This document shows, in pieces, positions 61,441 to 64,000 of a stretch of 64,000 bases of DNA (the stretch's first letter is position 1; each line of letters opens with the position of its first letter). Position numbers and translations under genes: made by a program. Below the pieces are notes generated by a model. It worked only from the letters and a program-made list of their open reading frames with translations, was not told the origin of the DNA and did no database searches. The DNA comes from Nocardioides sp. Its GTDB lineage: Bacteria; Actinomycetota; Actinomycetes; Propionibacteriales; Nocardioidaceae. The stretch spans positions 5,663 through 69,662 of the forward strand of contig DATMHR010000025.1 in NCBI GenBank assembly GCA_035554955.1, read 5' to 3'.

Positions 61441-62060
61441 TCCGGGTCGCGCTCGTCGACGACCACGCCGTGGTCCGCAGCGGCCTCGAGCGGCTGCTCG
61501 GCGGGGAGCCCGACCTCGAGGTCGTGGGCACGGCCTCCGACGGCGCCGAGGCGGTCGACCTGGTGCGGCGGACCCGGCCGGACGTGGTCCTCATGGACCT
61601 GCAGATGCCGGGGACCGACGGCGTCGCCGCCACCCGCCGCATCGTCGAGGAGGGGGGCGCCGACGTCCTCGTGCTCACGTCGTTCTCCGATGCCGCCCGG
61701 ATCGTGGCGGCGCTCGACGCCGGCGCGGTCGGCTACCTGCTCAAGGACGCCGAGCCTGAGGACCTGGTCGAGGGCATCCGCGCGGTCGCCCGCGGGGAGT
61801 CGCCGCTCCACCCGCGAGCGGCGCGCCAGCTGCTCCGCGCCCGCTCGGCCGGCGGAGCGGTCGACCTCACGCCGCGCGAGACCGAGGTGCTCGCCCTGGT
61901 GCGCGCCGGGCTGGCCAACAAGCAGATCGCGCGCCGGCTCGGGATCTCGGAGCGCACCGTGAAGGCGCACCTGACGTCGGCGTTCGCCCGGATCGGCGTC
62001 TCCGACCGGACCCAGGCCGCGCTCTGGGCCGAGCGGCACCGGGTCGGCGACCCGGGCTGA
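61437..62060 (+). CDS. NarL/LuxR family response regulator
   Basis: VDDH, LMDLQMP, LTPRETEVL..NKQIA HTH. Confidence 0.93.
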   Translation: MIRVALVDDHAVVRSGLERLLGGEPDLEVVGTASDGAEAVDLVRRTRPDVVLMDLQMPGTDGVAATRRIVEEGGADVLVLTSFSDAARIVAALDAGAVGYLLKDAEPEDLVEGIRAVARGESPLHPRAARQLLRARSAGGAVDLTPRETEVLALVRAGLANKQIARRLGISERTVKAHLTSAFARIGVSDRTQAALWAERHRVGDPG

Positions 62061-62064
62061 GCGC

Positions 62065-63009
62065 CTACTTCTTGGAGACCAGGGAGGTCAGGAAGAACGT
62101 CAGGTTCTGCGGACGCTCGGCGAGCCTTCTCATGAGGTAGCCGTACCACTGCACGCCGTAGGGCACGTAGACCCGGACGGTCTCGCCCGCCTCGGCCAGC
62201 CGCCGCTGCTCCAGCGGGCGGATGCCGTAGAGCATCTGGAACTCGTAGGTGCCCGGGGCACGGCCGTAGCGGCTCGCCAGCGACGTCGCGATCTCGACCA
62301 GCCGCGGGTCGTGGGTGGCGATCATCGGGTAGCCGGCACCGCCGAGCAGGACCTTGAGGCAGCGCACGTAGGCGCGGTCCACCTCAGTCGCGTCCGTGTA
62401 GGCGACCTCGGCGGGCTCGTCGTAGGCGCCCTTGCAGAGGCGGACCCGCGAGCCCTCGTGGGCCAGCGCGCGGCAGTCGGCCTCGGTGCGGTGCAGGTAG
62501 GCCTGGAGGACGGCTCCGGTCTCGGGGAAGTCCTTGCGCAGCTCGCGCAGGATCGCGAGCGTCGCGTCGGTCGTGGTGTGGTCCTCCATGTCGATGGTGA
62601 CCGTCGTGCCCGCGTTGCGCGCCGCGCGGCAGATGGCCCGGGCGTTCTCGAGGGCGATCTTGTGGCCACCGCCCGGCTGGTCGTCGAGCGCCAGCCCGAT
62701 CGCCGTGAGCTTGACGCTGACCTCGGCCGTGCGGGCCAGGCCCGCCGCGGAGAGCCGCGCCAGCAGCTCGCGGTAGGCGTCGACGGTGGCCTCGGCCTGC
62801 GCCACGTCGGTCGCGTCCTCACCCAGGTGGTCGATGGACGCGGTGAGCCCGTCGGCCGCGAGCCGCTCCACCGCGGCGACCACGTCGTCGAGCGACTCGC
62901 CGGGCACATAGCTGCGCACGATCCCGGCGGAGACCGGCATCGTCGACACCAGGCGCTTGACCACGTCGCTGCGCGACAACAGCAGGAGAGCGTCACGGAG
63001 GGGCCGCAT
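62065..63009 (-). CDS. Monofunctional proline dehydrogenase
   Basis: IDMED, LQAYL, RLCKGAY, ATHD, YLMRRLAERP. Confidence 0.93.
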   Translation of the reverse strand: MRPLRDALLLLSRSDVVKRLVSTMPVSAGIVRSYVPGESLDDVVAAVERLAADGLTASIDHLGEDATDVAQAEATVDAYRELLARLSAAGLARTAEVSVKLTAIGLALDDQPGGGHKIALENARAICRAARNAGTTVTIDMEDHTTTDATLAILRELRKDFPETGAVLQAYLHRTEADCRALAHEGSRVRLCKGAYDEPAEVAYTDATEVDRAYVRCLKVLLGGAGYPMIATHDPRLVEIATSLASRYGRAPGTYEFQMLYGIRPLEQRRLAEAGETVRVYVPYGVQWYGYLMRRLAERPQNLTFFLTSLVSKK

Positions 63010-63031
63010 GCCCCCACGTTACGGCGACGGC

Positions 63032-63775
63032 CTACTCGCTGCGGCGCCGGAGGGTGGCCGCGCCCAGCGCCAGACCGCCGAGGACGTAGGCGGCGACGAC
63101 CGCGAGGTTCCCCCAGACGTCGCCCGAGCCCGTGCTGTCGCGGACCGCGGTCATGGCATCGACCGCGTAGGACAGCGGGAGGACGTCGCTGATCGCCTCC
63201 AGCACGTCGGGCAGCAGCGCGCGCGGCAGGAACAGCCCGCAGAGCAGGATCTGGGGTACGACGACCGCCGGCATGAACTGCACGGCCTGGAACTCGGTGC
63301 GTGCGAACGCGCTGACGAAGAGCCCCAGCGCCGAGCCGAGGATCGCGTCGACCACCGCGACGACTGTCAGGAGCCAGAGCTCCCCTTGGATGTCGAGCCC
63401 GAGCGCCCACACGCTCAGCCCCACCGCGGCAGCGGACTGCACCGCGGCGACCAGGCCGAACGCGATCGCGTAGCCGAAGAGGAAGTCGAGCTTGCCGAGC
63501 GGCATCGCGAGCAGACGCTCGAGCGTCCCGCTCGACCGCTCCCGGAGCGTGGTCACGCTGGTCACGAGGAACATGACGAAGAAGGGGAACAGCGCGAGCA
63601 GGCCGGGGGCCAGCTTCTGGAACTGGTTCACCGGGCCCGGGGCGTCGTCGAACATCCACCAGAGCAGCGCCATCAGGAGGCACGGCAGCACCAGCATGAT
63701 CGCGAGCGTGCGGTGGTCGCGCCGGAGCTGGGTCAGCACGCGGCCGGCGACGGCGAGCGTGATCCGGGGCGTCAT
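63032..63775 (-). CDS. ABC-2 transporter permease
   Basis: RERSSGTLERLL, ARTEFQAVQF, LPLSYAV. Confidence 0.9.
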   Translation of the reverse strand: MTPRITLAVAGRVLTQLRRDHRTLAIMLVLPCLLMALLWWMFDDAPGPVNQFQKLAPGLLALFPFFVMFLVTSVTTLRERSSGTLERLLAMPLGKLDFLFGYAIAFGLVAAVQSAAAVGLSVWALGLDIQGELWLLTVVAVVDAILGSALGLFVSAFARTEFQAVQFMPAVVVPQILLCGLFLPRALLPDVLEAISDVLPLSYAVDAMTAVRDSTGSGDVWGNLAVVAAYVLGGLALGAATLRRRSE

Positions 63776-64000
63776 CGCGCGCCCCTGACGATCGCGAGGA
63801 AGGCCTGCTCGATGTCGGCGGCGCCGGCCTTCTCCTTGATCTCCGCCGGCGACCCGTCGGCGATGATGACGCCGTCGCGCATCAGCAGCAGCCGGTCGCA
63901 GCGCTCCGCCTCGTCCATCACGTGGCTGGAGACCAGGACGGCGGCGCCGTCGGCGGCCAGCTGGTGGAACATCGCCCACAGGTCCTCGCGGAGGACCGGG
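63772..64000 (-). CDS. ABC transporter ATP-binding protein (5' part outside window)
   Basis: H-loop VSSHVMDEAERCD. Confidence 0.88.
   Translation of the reverse strand, partial: PVLREDLWAMFHQLAADGAAVLVSSHVMDEAERCDRLLLMRDGVIIADGSPAEIKEKAGAADIEQAFLAIVRGAR

Overview
High-GC actinobacterial chromosome segment; gene content and order suggest Nocardioides or a close relative. It is mostly a core respiratory supercluster, in this order: the full nuoA-N complex I operon (nuoN truncated by the window edge), menaquinone genes (menG, menF, menD, menC, menE, menA), system II cytochrome c maturation (ccsA, resB, ccdA, resA) and heme synthesis (hemL, hemB, cobA-hemD, hemC, hemA, rex). Next come a BldN/RsbN-like sigma/anti-sigma block with bS22 and a bdtA-like HTH gene, then proC, a two-component system, proline dehydrogenase and an ABC transporter. 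No rRNA, tRNA or CRISPR array was seen. Four observations stand out. (1) REP-like palindromic elements occur between genes and also in frame inside respiratory genes (nuoG, menD, menE, resB), where they are translated as peptide. (2) Three CGTAAC-N17-CGT(T/A)GA promoters suggest a BldN-like regulon that includes a lytic transglycosylase. (3) resA apparently needs a CTG start codon. (4) A DUF222-HNH gene with repeats sits where a menJ-like reductase often lies. All calls come from reading the sequence by eye; no database searches were run.
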